DNA of 61,904 bases, the filler included, from Thermodesulfobacteriota bacterium (GTDB lineage: Bacteria; DASVDK01), in the NCBI GenBank assembly GCA_036381125.1. It is 9 parts of 9 records of this genome, joined end to end, with 100 filler letters (N's around TTAATTAATTAA, not from the genome) between each part and the next. Parts side by side here need not be neighbours in the genome. Positions count along the whole stretch, not along the records: positions 1 to 21,561 come from DASVDK010000188.1; positions 21,662 to 29,547 come from DASVDK010000192.1; 7 more parts are not named here. The stretch is one strand, 5' to 3'. The notes under the pieces were generated by a model. The model made no database searches and had not been told where the DNA came from. It was given only the letters and a program-made list of their open reading frames with translations. Positions 18,916 through 28,527 of this stretch are shown here, in pieces (position 1 is the stretch's first letter; every line of letters starts with the position of its first letter). A program made the position numbers and the translations under genes.

Positions 18916-19198
18916 GAGACTACCTCAGAGCTACAAGGTCGCGCCGTGGGCCTGGCTGGTGTCATCGGTCTCGCCCTCGAAGGTTCCGTTCCCTCCGTAC
19001 CGTGGCCGAGGGTCGAGGCGCACCGCTCCTTCCGCACCGTCCTCCGACGTTCCGCTCGCCCGTACCCGGCAACGCCGAACAGGCGCCGCGTAGTCCGACC
19101 GAACGGACAGTCGGCGCCTGCGGGTCCTGCCGCCCGCCGTGGCCTCGACCAGACATCCCCCCCGCGTCGCCGCCGATCGGGGGGAAGGAGGGGTCATC

Positions 19199-19711
19199 AT
19201 GCTAGGTCTCGTCCTGCTCTACGTGGGGGCCGTCCTCTTCCTCAACGGCCTCTGGCTCCTGGGCCGCATCGGCGACCGCGAGATCGCCGTCATCAACGTC
19301 TTCACCGGTGGCCTCACGCTCCTCGTCGCGCTCTACCTCGCGTTCGGCCCGGGATCGAGCCCGGAGTCGATCCTGGCCGCGGCCCAGGTCCTGCTCTTCT
19401 CGTTCACGTACTTCTGGGTGGCGATCAACCGTTACAACGGCGCCGACGGGCGTGGGCTCGGCTGGTACTGCCTCTTCGTGGCACTCACCGCTGCGCCGAT
19501 CGCGTACACCACGCTTGCCGGTGCGACCTCCGTGTTGGGCGTCTGGCTCGGCCTGAACTGGGCCGCGTGGGCCGTGCTCTGGTTCCTCTTCTTCCTGCTC
19601 CTCGCCCTCAAGAAGCCGATCCTCCGGGTGACGGGCGCCATTACGGCCGTCGAGGGGGTCCTTACCGCGTGGCTGCCCGGCTACCTGCTCCTCACGGGGG
19701 TCCTGCGCTGA
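19199..19711 (+). CDS. amiS: AmiS/UreI-family amide/urea channel
   Basis: MLGLVLLYVGAVLFLNGLW, LLFSFTYFWVA, DGRGLGWYCLFVA, NWAAWAVLWF. Confidence 0.93.
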   Translation: MLGLVLLYVGAVLFLNGLWLLGRIGDREIAVINVFTGGLTLLVALYLAFGPGSSPESILAAAQVLLFSFTYFWVAINRYNGADGRGLGWYCLFVALTAAPIAYTTLAGATSVLGVWLGLNWAAWAVLWFLFFLLLALKKPILRVTGAITAVEGVLTAWLPGYLLLTGVLR

Positions 19712-19756
19712 CCAACGCGTTCGGACCGGCGCCGCGCCGGTGGAAAGGAGACGTAC

Positions 19757-20977
19757 ATGCCTGAGAGCCTGATCAAGGTCGACGTCCGGAAGGCGCCGGC
19801 CGAGCAGCCGATGCCGCTGCACAACCGCTGGCACCCCGACATCCCGGCCGTGGTGGACGTGAAGCCGGGGTCCGTCTTCCGCGTGGAGTGCCTCGACTGG
19901 ACGGGCGGACAGATCGGCAACAACGACAGCGCCAATGACGTCCGCGACGTCCAGCTCACCCAGGTCCACTACCTGAGCGGGCCGATCGCCGTCGACGGGG
20001 CCGAGCCGGGCGACATCCTCGTCGTCGACCTGCTCGACCTCGGGACCCTGCCCGCGTCGGAGTGGGGTTTCACCGGCATCTTTGCCAAGGAGAACGGCGG
20101 CGGCTTCCTGACCGACCATTACCCGCAAGCGAGGAAGGCGATCTGGGACTGCCAGGGGATCTACACGACGAGCCGACACATCCAGAACGTCCGGTTCGCG
20201 GGGCTCACGCATCCCGGCCTCATCGGCTGCGCCCCTTCGGCCGACCTGCTCGCCACCTGGAACAAGCGAGAGCGCGAGCTGATCGAGACGAACCCGAATC
20301 GGGTCCCGCCCCTCGCGGCGCCGCCCAACCCGGAGAAGGCCATGCTCGGCAAGCTCTCCGGGGCGCAGGCGGAGCGGGCCGCGAAGGAGGCGGCACGCAC
20401 CGTCCCGCCGCGCGAGCATGGCGGCAACTGCGACATCAAGAACCTCTCGCGCGGGTCGCGGATCTACTTCCCCGTGTACGTGAAGGGCGCCAACCTCTCG
20501 ATGGGCGACATGCACTTCTCGCAGGGAGACGGCGAGATCTCCTTCTGTGGCGCCATCGAGATGGCCGGCTTCCTCGACCTGCACGTCGACCTCATCAAGG
20601 GCGGCGTGGCCAAGTACGGGATGGTCAACCCCATCTTCAAGCCGGGGCCGGTCGAGCCGCGCTACTCCGAGTTCCTCGTCTTCGAGGGGATCTCGGTCGA
20701 CGAGCAGGGGAAGCAGTACTACCTCGACGCGCACGTCTCGTACCGGCGGGCCTGCCTCAACGCCATCGAGTACCTGAAGAAGTGGGGCTACACCGGCGAG
20801 CAGGCGTACCTGCTCCTGTCGTGCGCGCCGGCCGAGGGGCGCATCAGCGGCATCGTCGACATCCCGAACGCCTGCGCGACGCTCGCGATCCCGACCGAGA
20901 TCTTCGACTTCGACATCCGGCCGAGCGCTCAGGGGCCCCGGCAGGTGGACCGCGGGCGGGAGGCGTCGACGACGTAG
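19757..20977 (+). CDS. fmdA: Formamidase
   Basis: HNRWHPDIP, ECLDWTGGQI.NNDSANDVRD, PPREHGGNCDIKNLSRGS, SQGDGEISFCGAIEMAG. Confidence 0.95.
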   Translation: MPESLIKVDVRKAPAEQPMPLHNRWHPDIPAVVDVKPGSVFRVECLDWTGGQIGNNDSANDVRDVQLTQVHYLSGPIAVDGAEPGDILVVDLLDLGTLPASEWGFTGIFAKENGGGFLTDHYPQARKAIWDCQGIYTTSRHIQNVRFAGLTHPGLIGCAPSADLLATWNKRERELIETNPNRVPPLAAPPNPEKAMLGKLSGAQAERAAKEAARTVPPREHGGNCDIKNLSRGSRIYFPVYVKGANLSMGDMHFSQGDGEISFCGAIEMAGFLDLHVDLIKGGVAKYGMVNPIFKPGPVEPRYSEFLVFEGISVDEQGKQYYLDAHVSYRRACLNAIEYLKKWGYTGEQAYLLLSCAPAEGRISGIVDIPNACATLAIPTEIFDFDIRPSAQGPRQVDRGREASTT

Positions 20978-21027
20978 CGTCGCGGCGGGGGGACGGCCCC
21001 GGCGGGCCGTCCCCAGAGGGAGGCCAC

Positions 21028-21303
21028 ATGCCGCTCTACGAGTTCCACTGCGGGGCCTGCGGCCCCTTCGACGCCTGGCGCACCCTGGCGGAGGCGGGCG
21101 CCCCCATGGCCTGTCCCGCCTGCGGCGGCGATGCCGAGCGCCGCTTCTCGCCGCCGATCCTCGGTCTGCCGAGCCCCCGGACGCAGCGGCGGATCGAGCA
21201 GGCGACGGCGCCCCGGCTCGTGAGTCGGGCGCGATCCGAGGCGCCGCCGAAGGGCCCCACGTCCCGATCGGTGAGAGGGCGCCCCTGGCAGATCTCCGGC
21301 TGA
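21028..21303 (+). CDS. fmdB: FmdB-family zinc-ribbon regulatory protein
   Basis: MPLYEFHCGACG...CPACG...RPWQISG; directly after fmdA. Confidence 0.9.
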   Translation: MPLYEFHCGACGPFDAWRTLAEAGAPMACPACGGDAERRFSPPILGLPSPRTQRRIEQATAPRLVSRARSEAPPKGPTSRSVRGRPWQISG

Positions 21304-21375
21304 GTTTGCTTATATAGTAGGCGTAGCTGCTGCCGCACGCGTGGCCGGCGCGGCGCCGGCCGGGAGGTCTGCCAC

Positions 21376-21561
21376 CTGGTCATCGACGACCTCAGGCGTC
21401 TGCAGGCGGCCCACGGCTATCTCCCGCGGGCCGCGCTCGAGGCCCTGTCGGCCGAGCGGCGGGTACCGCTCGACGAGCTGTACGGCGTCGCGTCCTTCTA
21501 TCCCCACTTCCGCTTCGCGCCTCGCGAAGGCCCCGAGATCACCGTCTGCCGCGACCTGCCC
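21376..21561 (+). CDS. NuoE/FdsG-like [2Fe-2S] subunit of an NAD-linked dehydrogenase; 5' part, truncated by the contig end; probable CTG start
   Basis: (L)VIDDLRRLQAAHGYLPRAALEALSAERRVPLDELYGVASFYPHFRF...ITVCRDLP; absent from the ORF track; GGAGG 8 nt before the CTG. Confidence 0.8.
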
Positions 21562-21661
21562 NNNNNNNNNNNNNNNNNNNNNNNNNNNNNNNNNNNNNNN
21601 NNNNNTTAATTAATTAANNNNNNNNNNNNNNNNNNNNNNNNNNNNNNNNNNNNNNNNNNNN
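21562..21661. other. Artificial contig spacer (N44-TTAATTAATTAA-N44); same spacer at 29548-29647, 36342-36441, 43835-43934, 47236-47335, 51589-51688, 56846-56945 and 59540-59639
   Basis: Identical 100-nt linker with stops in all six frames. Confidence 0.98.
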
Positions 21662-21662
21662 C

Positions 21663-22928
21663 GAGTGGGATCCCTTCGCGGGGCTCGCGCTCCCGCGAGC
21701 GCGCATCGAGGCCTTCCTGTCGCGCGTGCCGTTCCGTCAGCGCGACCGCCGCGTCCATGCCGCGCCGGCCGTCCCGGTGCCGGCGCGCCTCGACGTGCCG
21801 ACGGCGGCCGAGATGTCGACCCAGGAGGGGTTCGGCAGGCTCCTGTACACGCTCGGCCGCGAGGGCGGCCCGCTCGCCGATCGCGTCGTCACCGTCTCGC
21901 CCGACGTGACCGCCTCGACGAACCTCGGCGGCTGGGTGAACCAGCGGGGGATCTTCGACCGGCAGGAGCGCGCCGACGTCTTCCGCGCCCTCCAGCTTCC
22001 CTCTCCCCTGCGCTGGGAGGCTTCGCGGCGGGGGCAGCACTTCGAGCTGGGCATCGCCGAGCACAACCTCTTCCTCATGCTCGCGGCCCTGGGGCTCTCG
22101 GGCCCGCTCTTCGGCGTGCGGCTGCTGCCGGTGGGGACGCTCTACGACCCCTTCATCATGCGCGGCCTCGACGCCCTCAACTACGCCTGCTACCAGGACG
22201 CCCGCTTCATGCTGGTCGCCACGCCGTCGGGGGTCACGCTCGCGCCGGAGGGGGGCGCCCACCAGTCCATCGGGACGCCGCTCGTCGGGATGGCGATCGA
22301 CCACCTCGTCTACTTCGAGCCGGCCTACGTGGACGAACTCGCGGCCATCATGCGGTGGGGCTTCGACTACATGCAGCAGGAGGACGGCGGGTCGGTGTAC
22401 CTGCGGCTCTCGACGCGCGCCATCGCCCAGCCGACGCGGACGCTCGACGAGGCGCAGGTGGCCGACGTCCTCGCCGGCGGCTACTGGCGGCGCGCGCCCG
22501 GTCCCGGCGCCGAGATCGCCGTCGTCTACGCCGGAGCGGTGGCGCCCGAGGCCGAGGCCGCGGTCGACGCGATGCTCGAGGACCTGCCGGGCGCCGGCCT
22601 CCTCGCGGTCACCTCGCCCGGCCGGCTGCACGCCGGCTGGACCGCGGCCTGCGCCGACCGGGCGTCGCGGCGGGAGGGATCGCCGTCGCACGTCGAGCGC
22701 CTCCTCGCGGCCCTGCCGGCCGACGCGGCGCTCGTCACCGTGATCGACGGCCACCCCGCCACCCTCTCGTGGCTCGGCGCCGTGGCCGGCCACCCGATCG
22801 TCCCGCTCGGCGTGTCGCGCTTCGGCCAGTCCGGAGACATCCCCGACCTCTACCGCCTCAACCGCCTCGACACCGACGCGATCCTCGACGCCGCCGCGGC
22901 GGCCCTCCTCGCCCGCGAGCGGCGCTGA
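21663..22928 (+). CDS. Pyruvate dehydrogenase E1/transketolase-like protein, C-terminal part (5' truncated)
   Basis: SPDVTASTNLGGW, ELGIAEHNL, GTLYDPFI.RGLDAL.YACY, TLAPEGGAHQS, FGQSGDIPDLYR. Confidence 0.9.
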   Translation, partial: EWDPFAGLALPRARIEAFLSRVPFRQRDRRVHAAPAVPVPARLDVPTAAEMSTQEGFGRLLYTLGREGGPLADRVVTVSPDVTASTNLGGWVNQRGIFDRQERADVFRALQLPSPLRWEASRRGQHFELGIAEHNLFLMLAALGLSGPLFGVRLLPVGTLYDPFIMRGLDALNYACYQDARFMLVATPSGVTLAPEGGAHQSIGTPLVGMAIDHLVYFEPAYVDELAAIMRWGFDYMQQEDGGSVYLRLSTRAIAQPTRTLDEAQVADVLAGGYWRRAPGPGAEIAVVYAGAVAPEAEAAVDAMLEDLPGAGLLAVTSPGRLHAGWTAACADRASRREGSPSHVERLLAALPADAALVTVIDGHPATLSWLGAVAGHPIVPLGVSRFGQSGDIPDLYRLNRLDTDAILDAAAAALLARERR

Positions 22929-22983
22929 CCCACCCCGGGGTCGGGCCGCGGCGGTGGCGGGACCGGCCCCGCGGCGTCAGGCC

Positions 22984-24120
22984 TCAAGGCCCGAGGGACA
23001 CGGCTCCGGCCTCGACGAGCGCCTCGACCTCGGCCTCGCCGTAGCCGCACTCGGCGAGCAGCTCGCGCCCGTGCTCCCCGAGCGACGGCGCCGGCCCGCC
23101 CGGCCGCACGTCGGCCGCGGAGAAGCGCATCGGCATCGCCACTGCCGGGCCGGCGAAGAGCCCCCGGTGCGCGAACTGGGGCCAGCGGCGGACCTCCTCG
23201 AGGTCGAGCACCGGCGCGAAGGGCACGTTGGACCCCTCGAATCGCCTCGTCCAGCCGTCGCGGGTGTCGCTCGCGAAGAGGCCCGCGAGCCGCTCGCGCA
23301 CCTCCTCGAAGCGCGCGACCCGTTCGGCGTGGACCAGCTCGCGCAGGTCGGCGAGACCCGCCACGTCGCAGAACGCCCGCCAGAAGTCGTCCTCGTAGAC
23401 GATGCCGAGCGTGACGAAGCGGCCGTCGGCGGTCCGGAAGACGCCGTAGCAGGGCGCCACCGTGACGTTCGGCTTCTCGGCCGGCCGCCCCTCGGCGGCG
23501 AGTCGGGCGTGCTCGACGGCGGTCCAGGCCGCCACGCCGTCGGTCATGGAGAGGTCGATGTACTGTCCCGGTCCGCCGGCCAGGCGGCCGACGAGGGCCG
23601 CCAGGCAGGCCACCGCGGCGTACTGACCCGCGGCGAGGTCCGAGACCAGGACCCCGGGCGGGTGCGGCGCGCCGCAGACGCGCGCGTCGAGGTCGAGGAC
23701 GCCGCCGAGCGCCAGGTAGTTCACGTCGTGGGCGGGGCGGCCGCGCTCGGGCCCGTCCTGGCCGAAGCCCGAGATCGAGCAGTAGACGAGACCGGGGTTC
23801 AGCGCGGCGAGCGTCTCGTAGTCGGCCCCGAGCCGCGCGGCGACGCCCGGCCTGAAGCCCTCGAGGAAGAGATCCGAGCGGCGGACGAGCCGGTGGAGCA
23901 CCTCCCGCGCGTCCGCCCGCTTGAGGTCCAGCACGAGGCTGCGCTTGCCCCGGTTCACCTCGTCGAACATCGGCGCGTAGGCGCGGAGCGGGTCGCCCCG
24001 CGGCGCCTCCACCTTGATCACGTCGGCGCCGAGGTCGGCGAGCATCCGCGTGCAGTAGGGCCCCGGCATCTGGGTGGTGAGGTCGACCACCCGTACCCCG
24101 TCGAGCGGGCGGCGCCTCAC
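22984..24120 (-). CDS. CaiB/BaiF family III CoA-transferase
   Basis: [49 protein letters not shown]. Confidence 0.94.
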   Translation of the reverse strand: MRRRPLDGVRVVDLTTQMPGPYCTRMLADLGADVIKVEAPRGDPLRAYAPMFDEVNRGKRSLVLDLKRADAREVLHRLVRRSDLFLEGFRPGVAARLGADYETLAALNPGLVYCSISGFGQDGPERGRPAHDVNYLALGGVLDLDARVCGAPHPPGVLVSDLAAGQYAAVACLAALVGRLAGGPGQYIDLSMTDGVAAWTAVEHARLAAEGRPAEKPNVTVAPCYGVFRTADGRFVTLGIVYEDDFWRAFCDVAGLADLRELVHAERVARFEEVRERLAGLFASDTRDGWTRRFEGSNVPFAPVLDLEEVRRWPQFAHRGLFAGPAVAMPMRFSAADVRPGGPAPSLGEHGRELLAECGYGEAEVEALVEAGAVSLGP

Positions 24121-24593
24121 AGCGTCTCGCCGAGGACGGCATCGCGCTGGCGGGCGCGATAGGCCTCGAGGCGGCTCGCCAGGGCCGGGTCCTGGAGCGC
24201 GAGGATGGCGGCGGCCAGGAGCGCGGCGTTCACGGCCCCGGCCTCGCCGATGGCGAGCGTCCCCACCGGGATGCCGCGCGGCATCTGGACGATCGACAGG
24301 AGCGAGTCGAGGCCCGAGAGGGCCTTCGACTGGATCGGCACGCCGAGCACCGGCAGCGTCGTCTTCGACGCGACCATGCCCGGCAGGTGGGCCGCTCCGC
24401 CCGCGGCGGCGACGATGACCCTGAGCCCTCGCGAGGCCGCGGTGGCCGCGTACTCGAACATGAGGTCCGGCGTCCGGTGAGCCGAGACGACCCGCTTCTC
24501 GTACGGGACGCCGAGGGCGTCGAGGAGGTCGGCCGCGTGCCGCATCGTGTCCCAGTCGCTCCGGCTGCCCATGATGAGGCCGACGAGGGCCAT
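24117..24593 (-). CDS. purE: N5-carboxyaminoimidazole ribonucleotide mutase
   Basis: [37 protein letters not shown]. Confidence 0.97.
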   Translation of the reverse strand: MALVGLIMGSRSDWDTMRHAADLLDALGVPYEKRVVSAHRTPDLMFEYAATAASRGLRVIVAAAGGAAHLPGMVASKTTLPVLGVPIQSKALSGLDSLLSIVQMPRGIPVGTLAIGEAGAVNAALLAAAILALQDPALASRLEAYRARQRDAVLGETL

Positions 24594-24612
24594 GCTTCCT
24601 CCTGTGAGACGG

Positions 24613-25239
24613 TCAGAACACGCGAAGGGCGTCGACGGCGTCGCGCTCGCGGCGGGCGAGGGCGCGGATGACGGCGAGGTCGCCGTGCCGGTGACGGGCG
24701 GCGGCGACCAGGTGGTCGACGACGGCGTCGCTCACCGCGCGCGGCCAGTCGGGGGTCGCAAGGCCGAGGCTCACCGCGAGGTCGTCGGTGTGGACGGTGA
24801 TCTCCACCATGCGGGTGACCAGGTAGTCGTCGAGCCGCATGACGTGGCCGCCGGTGACGGCGACGAGCCGGTCCCGCGGCTCGGCCGGCAACCGCGTCCG
24901 GAGCCGGGCGAGCGCGGCGTCGACCGCCGCCACGAGCGCCGCGGGGCCGTCGGCGGCCAACGCCTCCCCGCGCGCCCGGATCCCGACGTGGACCGGGTCG
25001 GCCAGGTCGCGCGTGGTCAGGACGGTCGGAAAGTAGGCGGCGGCCGGGATCGGCCGTGCCGACGGCGGCGGCGCGTCGAGGTACGACTCGACCACGAGCA
25101 CCGCCCGCGCCAGGTGCCCGGAGAGCCCCCGCACGGTGAACTCCGCGAGCGCGCTCGGCGCGTCCCACCGCGCCGCCGTCTCCGGCGCCGCCAGGAGCCC
25201 CCGCGCGACGCCCGCCGCCTCGAGCCAGGTCCCTCGCAT
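24613..25239 (-). CDS. DinB/maleylpyruvate-isomerase N-terminal (MDMPI)-like protein
   Basis: [19 protein letters not shown]...[14 protein letters not shown]. Confidence 0.8.
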   Translation of the reverse strand: MRGTWLEAAGVARGLLAAPETAARWDAPSALAEFTVRGLSGHLARAVLVVESYLDAPPPSARPIPAAAYFPTVLTTRDLADPVHVGIRARGEALAADGPAALVAAVDAALARLRTRLPAEPRDRLVAVTGGHVMRLDDYLVTRMVEITVHTDDLAVSLGLATPDWPRAVSDAVVDHLVAAARHRHGDLAVIRALARRERDAVDALRVF

Positions 25240-25277
25240 GTCGCCCCCTCCCGAGCCGAGAGTCTAGCCGACGCGCC

Positions 25278-25330
25278 TTGACAGGGGAACCGCCGGCCCG
25301 CTACGCTTGCTCCTGCAATTTAGTCGCAAT
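25278..25330 (+). promoter_or_regulatory. znuA promoter (TTGACA-N18-TACGCT) followed by a Fur/Zur-type box TGCAATTTAGTCGCAAT
   Basis: AT-rich imperfect palindrome at 25314-25330 upstream of a Zn ABC operon; Fur-family gene on the same contig. Confidence 0.65.
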
Positions 25331-25348
25331 TGAGCCCGGAGGGTCTCG

Positions 25349-26269
25349 ATGCCTCGTCATCCCCTCGCCGCTCTCGCGGCCGCGGCGGTCCTGGCCGTCG
25401 GCGCGGGCGGGGCCGTCGCCGCCGAGTCGGGCCGGGTCACCGTCGTCGCCACCGTCTACCCGCTCGCCGAGTGGGCCGCGCGCGTCGGCGGCAACCGCGT
25501 CGCCGTCGCCAACCTGATCCCGGCGGGCAGCGACCCCCACGACTTCGAGCCGACGCCGGCCGACCTGCGCCGCCTGCGCGAGGCCGACGTGGTGCTGACG
25601 CTCGGCCCCGGCTTCCAACCGGCGATCGACCGGGCGCTGCGGACGCGAACTCCGGGGCAGGTCCGCCTGGTCGCGACCGAGGGGCTCGCGCTCCGCGCGC
25701 CGGCCGAGGGCGGCGACGACCACGGGGACGACCTCCCCGGCGACCCGCACGTCTGGCTCGACCCGGTCCTCGCGAAGCAGATCGTCGGCCGCATCGCCGA
25801 CACGCTCGGCGCCGCCGATCCGGCCGGGGCGGCCGCCTACGCGGCCAACGCCCGGGCCTACCAGGCGCAACTCGACGACCTCGACGCCCGCTACGCCCGG
25901 ACGCTCGCGTCGTGCGCGCACCGAGACCTCGTGACCTCGCACGCGGCCTTCGGGTACCTCGCGGCGCGCTACGGACTCCACCAGGTGCCGATCCAGGGCC
26001 TCTCGCCCGAGGCCGAGCCGACGCCGCGCCGACTCGCCGAGCTGGTCGCGTTCGTCAAGCGCCGCGGCATCCGGTACGTCTTCACGGAGACCGTCGTGAA
26101 CCCGAGGGCGGCCGAGACGCTCGCGCGCGAGAGCGGCGCCGGCACCCTCGTGCTGCACACGCTCGAGACGCTGTCGCAGGCCGAGGTCGCGCAGGGCAAG
26201 ACCTACCTCGGCGTCATGGCGGAGAACCTCCGCGCCCTGGCGACCGGCCTGGAGTGCCGGGCCTCGTGA
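25349..26269 (+). CDS. znuA: Zn/Mn ABC transporter substrate-binding protein
   Basis: Signal peptide; DPHDFEP, DPHVWLDP, VTSHAAFGYL. Confidence 0.92.
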   Translation: MPRHPLAALAAAAVLAVGAGGAVAAESGRVTVVATVYPLAEWAARVGGNRVAVANLIPAGSDPHDFEPTPADLRRLREADVVLTLGPGFQPAIDRALRTRTPGQVRLVATEGLALRAPAEGGDDHGDDLPGDPHVWLDPVLAKQIVGRIADTLGAADPAGAAAYAANARAYQAQLDDLDARYARTLASCAHRDLVTSHAAFGYLAARYGLHQVPIQGLSPEAEPTPRRLAELVAFVKRRGIRYVFTETVVNPRAAETLARESGAGTLVLHTLETLSQAEVAQGKTYLGVMAENLRALATGLECRAS

Positions 26270-27084
26270 GCGTGACCGCGCCGGCAGCGCCGACCGGTCG
26301 GGCCGCCCCCCTCGCCCGCCTGCGCGGGGTGTCGTTCGTCTACGGTGCGACCCCGGTGCTCGAGGACGTCTCGCTCGACATCGAGCCGAGGGCGCTCGTC
26401 GGCGTCATCGGCCCCAACGGCGCGGGCAAGAGCACGCTGCTCAAGGTGATCGCCGGGCTCCTCGAGCCCTCGAGCGGCACGGTCGAGCTGTTCGGGACGC
26501 CGATCGCCCGCTTCCGCGAGTGGGGGCGGGTCGGCTACGTGCCGCAGCGCCCCCGGCTGCTCGGCGTCAACGTCCCGGCCTCGGTGGACGAGGTGGTCTC
26601 GGCCGGCCGCCTGGCCAGGCTCGGCCCCGTGCGCCGGCCGGGCGCGGCCGACCGGGCGGCCGTCCTCGACGCCATCGAGACGGTGGGGCTCTCGGATCGG
26701 CGGCGGCGTCCCATCGCCGAGCTGTCGGGCGGCCAGCAGCAGCGGGTCCTCATCGCACGCGCGCTCGCGAGCGAACCGCAGCTCCTCCTGCTCGACGAGG
26801 CGCTGGCCGGCGTCGACCTCGACACGCAGGAGGACCTCTACGCCCTCTTCCGGCGGTTGACCCGCGAGCGCGACCTCGCCGTCGTCTTCGTCTCGCACGA
26901 CGTCGGCGTCCTCGCCACGCAGGTCACCACGATGGCGTGCCTCAACCGCCGGCTCCTCTACTGGGGTTCGCCCGAGGCGCTGCGCGAGGGCGACCTCTTC
27001 GAGCAGCTCTACGGCGGCGCGAGCCTCTTCACCCACACGCACCTGCACGCACACGGGGACCCGGGTCCCCGGCCGAGGGGGTGA
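26266..27084 (+). CDS. znuC: Zn/Mn ABC transporter ATPase
   Basis: GPNGAGKST, VGYVPQR, LSGGQQQR, VSHD; His-rich tail. Confidence 0.92.
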   Translation: MSVTAPAAPTGRAAPLARLRGVSFVYGATPVLEDVSLDIEPRALVGVIGPNGAGKSTLLKVIAGLLEPSSGTVELFGTPIARFREWGRVGYVPQRPRLLGVNVPASVDEVVSAGRLARLGPVRRPGAADRAAVLDAIETVGLSDRRRRPIAELSGGQQQRVLIARALASEPQLLLLDEALAGVDLDTQEDLYALFRRLTRERDLAVVFVSHDVGVLATQVTTMACLNRRLLYWGSPEALREGDLFEQLYGGASLFTHTHLHAHGDPGPRPRG

Positions 27085-27090
27085 GGCGCC

Positions 27091-27897
27091 ATGCCCGAGA
27101 TCCTGCAGTACGACTTCATGCAGCGAGCGCTCGCCGGCGGGACGCTGATCGGGCTCCTCTGCCCCCTCATCGGGACCTTCCTCGTCCTGCGCGGGTACGC
27201 GCTGATCGGCGACGGCCTCGGTCACGTGGCCTTTGCCGGCGTCGGCACCGCCATGCTCGCCGGCCTCTACCCGCCGCTGCTCGCCGGCCTCTTCGCCGTC
27301 GCGGCCGCCCTCGGCCTCGAGCGCCTTCGCCGCAGGCCCGGCAGCCGCGGCGAGATCGGCCTCGCGCTCGTCTTCTACGCCGGGATCGCCGTCGCGGTCA
27401 TCGCGGCCACCCTCGCCCGGTCGTTCAACGCGGGCCTGCTCGGCTTCCTCTTCGGCAGCGTCGTCACGATCGGCGCGGCCGACCTCTGGGCGATCGGCGG
27501 CCTGACGCTCCTGGTCGGCGGCGCCGTGGCGCTCCTGGGACCGGCCCTCTTCGCGGTCGGGATCGACGAGGAGGCGGCCCGGGTGGCGGGCCTGCCCGTG
27601 GACCGGCTCAACGACCTCCTGGCGGTGTCCGCGGCGCTGACCGTCGTGGTGGGGATGCAGGTGGTCGGCGTGCTGCTCGTCGCCGCGCTCATCGTCGTCC
27701 CGGTCGCCGCGGCCCTCCCCCTGGCCCGCAGCTTCCGGCAGGCGCTCCTCGGCGCGGTCGCGCTCGGCGTCCTGTCGGTCTGGGTCGGCCTCGGCGCGAG
27801 CTTCTACCTCGACCTCGCGCCGGGCGCGACGATCGTCCTGGCCGCGCTCGCGCTCTACGTCCTGACCAGCTCGGCCGGTCGGCTCCTGCGGCGCTGA
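27091..27897 (+). CDS. znuB: Zn/Mn ABC transporter permease
   Basis: YDFMQRAL, LIGDGLGHVAFAG, FLFGS, VVGVLLVAAL. Confidence 0.92.
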   Translation: MPEILQYDFMQRALAGGTLIGLLCPLIGTFLVLRGYALIGDGLGHVAFAGVGTAMLAGLYPPLLAGLFAVAAALGLERLRRRPGSRGEIGLALVFYAGIAVAVIAATLARSFNAGLLGFLFGSVVTIGAADLWAIGGLTLLVGGAVALLGPALFAVGIDEEAARVAGLPVDRLNDLLAVSAALTVVVGMQVVGVLLVAALIVVPVAAALPLARSFRQALLGAVALGVLSVWVGLGASFYLDLAPGATIVLAALALYVLTSSAGRLLRR

Positions 27898-27921
27898 GCC
27901 GGGCGGCGGCGATAGGCGGCG

Positions 27922-28299
27922 CTAGGCCGCGCGCGCCCGACCGAGCCGGTGGGCGACGCTGGCCAGCACGGTGTCCGGATCGAACGGCTTCACGATCACC
28001 TCCGGGCATCCGGCCGCCGTGGCCGCCCGGGCCGTCGCCGGGTCGGCCAGCGCCGTCAGCACGAGGATCGGATGCTCGGGCCAGCGCCTGCGCAGCACGT
28101 GGCAGAGGTCGAGGCCGTTGCCGTCCGGGAGGGCGACGTCGAGCAGCGTCAGCGCCGGCGGCGTCGACTCGGCCAGCACGTGCCGGGCGCTGCCGAGCGT
28201 CTGCGCGACGGCCACCTCGTAGCCGGCCGTCTCGAGCATGAGGGTGAGGATCGTCGCGATGTCCGGTTCGTCCTCGACCACCAGGATGCGCGTCGCCAT
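27922..28299 (-). CDS. Single-domain response regulator
   Basis: RILVVEDE...LLDVALPDGNG...ILVLTA...VKPF. Confidence 0.88.
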   Translation of the reverse strand: MATRILVVEDEPDIATILTLMLETAGYEVAVAQTLGSARHVLAESTPPALTLLDVALPDGNGLDLCHVLRRRWPEHPILVLTALADPATARAATAAGCPEVIVKPFDPDTVLASVAHRLGRARAA

Positions 28300-28527
28300 C
28301 GTCCACCCCCCGCGAAGCGCCAGGGGAGGCGGTCTCACGGACGAGCGGATCCGCCCCCTGGCATCACCCGAGACCTGGCGTGGAATAGCAGACGAGCGCT
28401 CGGTCCTGCTGCGAGGATCGTCACAACGACGAACGGTGATGCGCCGCGTCGTGACCGGCACCACGGCCGATCGAGTCGACCTCGGCGGCGAACGTGAGAC
28501 GCCGCACGTCGCCCGGTGGGCGACGGC

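Noticed and set aside
21028..21561. UGA readthrough or selenocysteine fusion of FmdB to the in-frame NuoE-like gene
   Set aside because: FmdB ends at a family-typical RPW motif, the linker looks non-coding and AT-rich, and an RBS precedes the CTG.
24117..24593. purE with no adjacent purK
   Set aside because: purK may lie elsewhere in this fragmented assembly, and unlinked purE is common.
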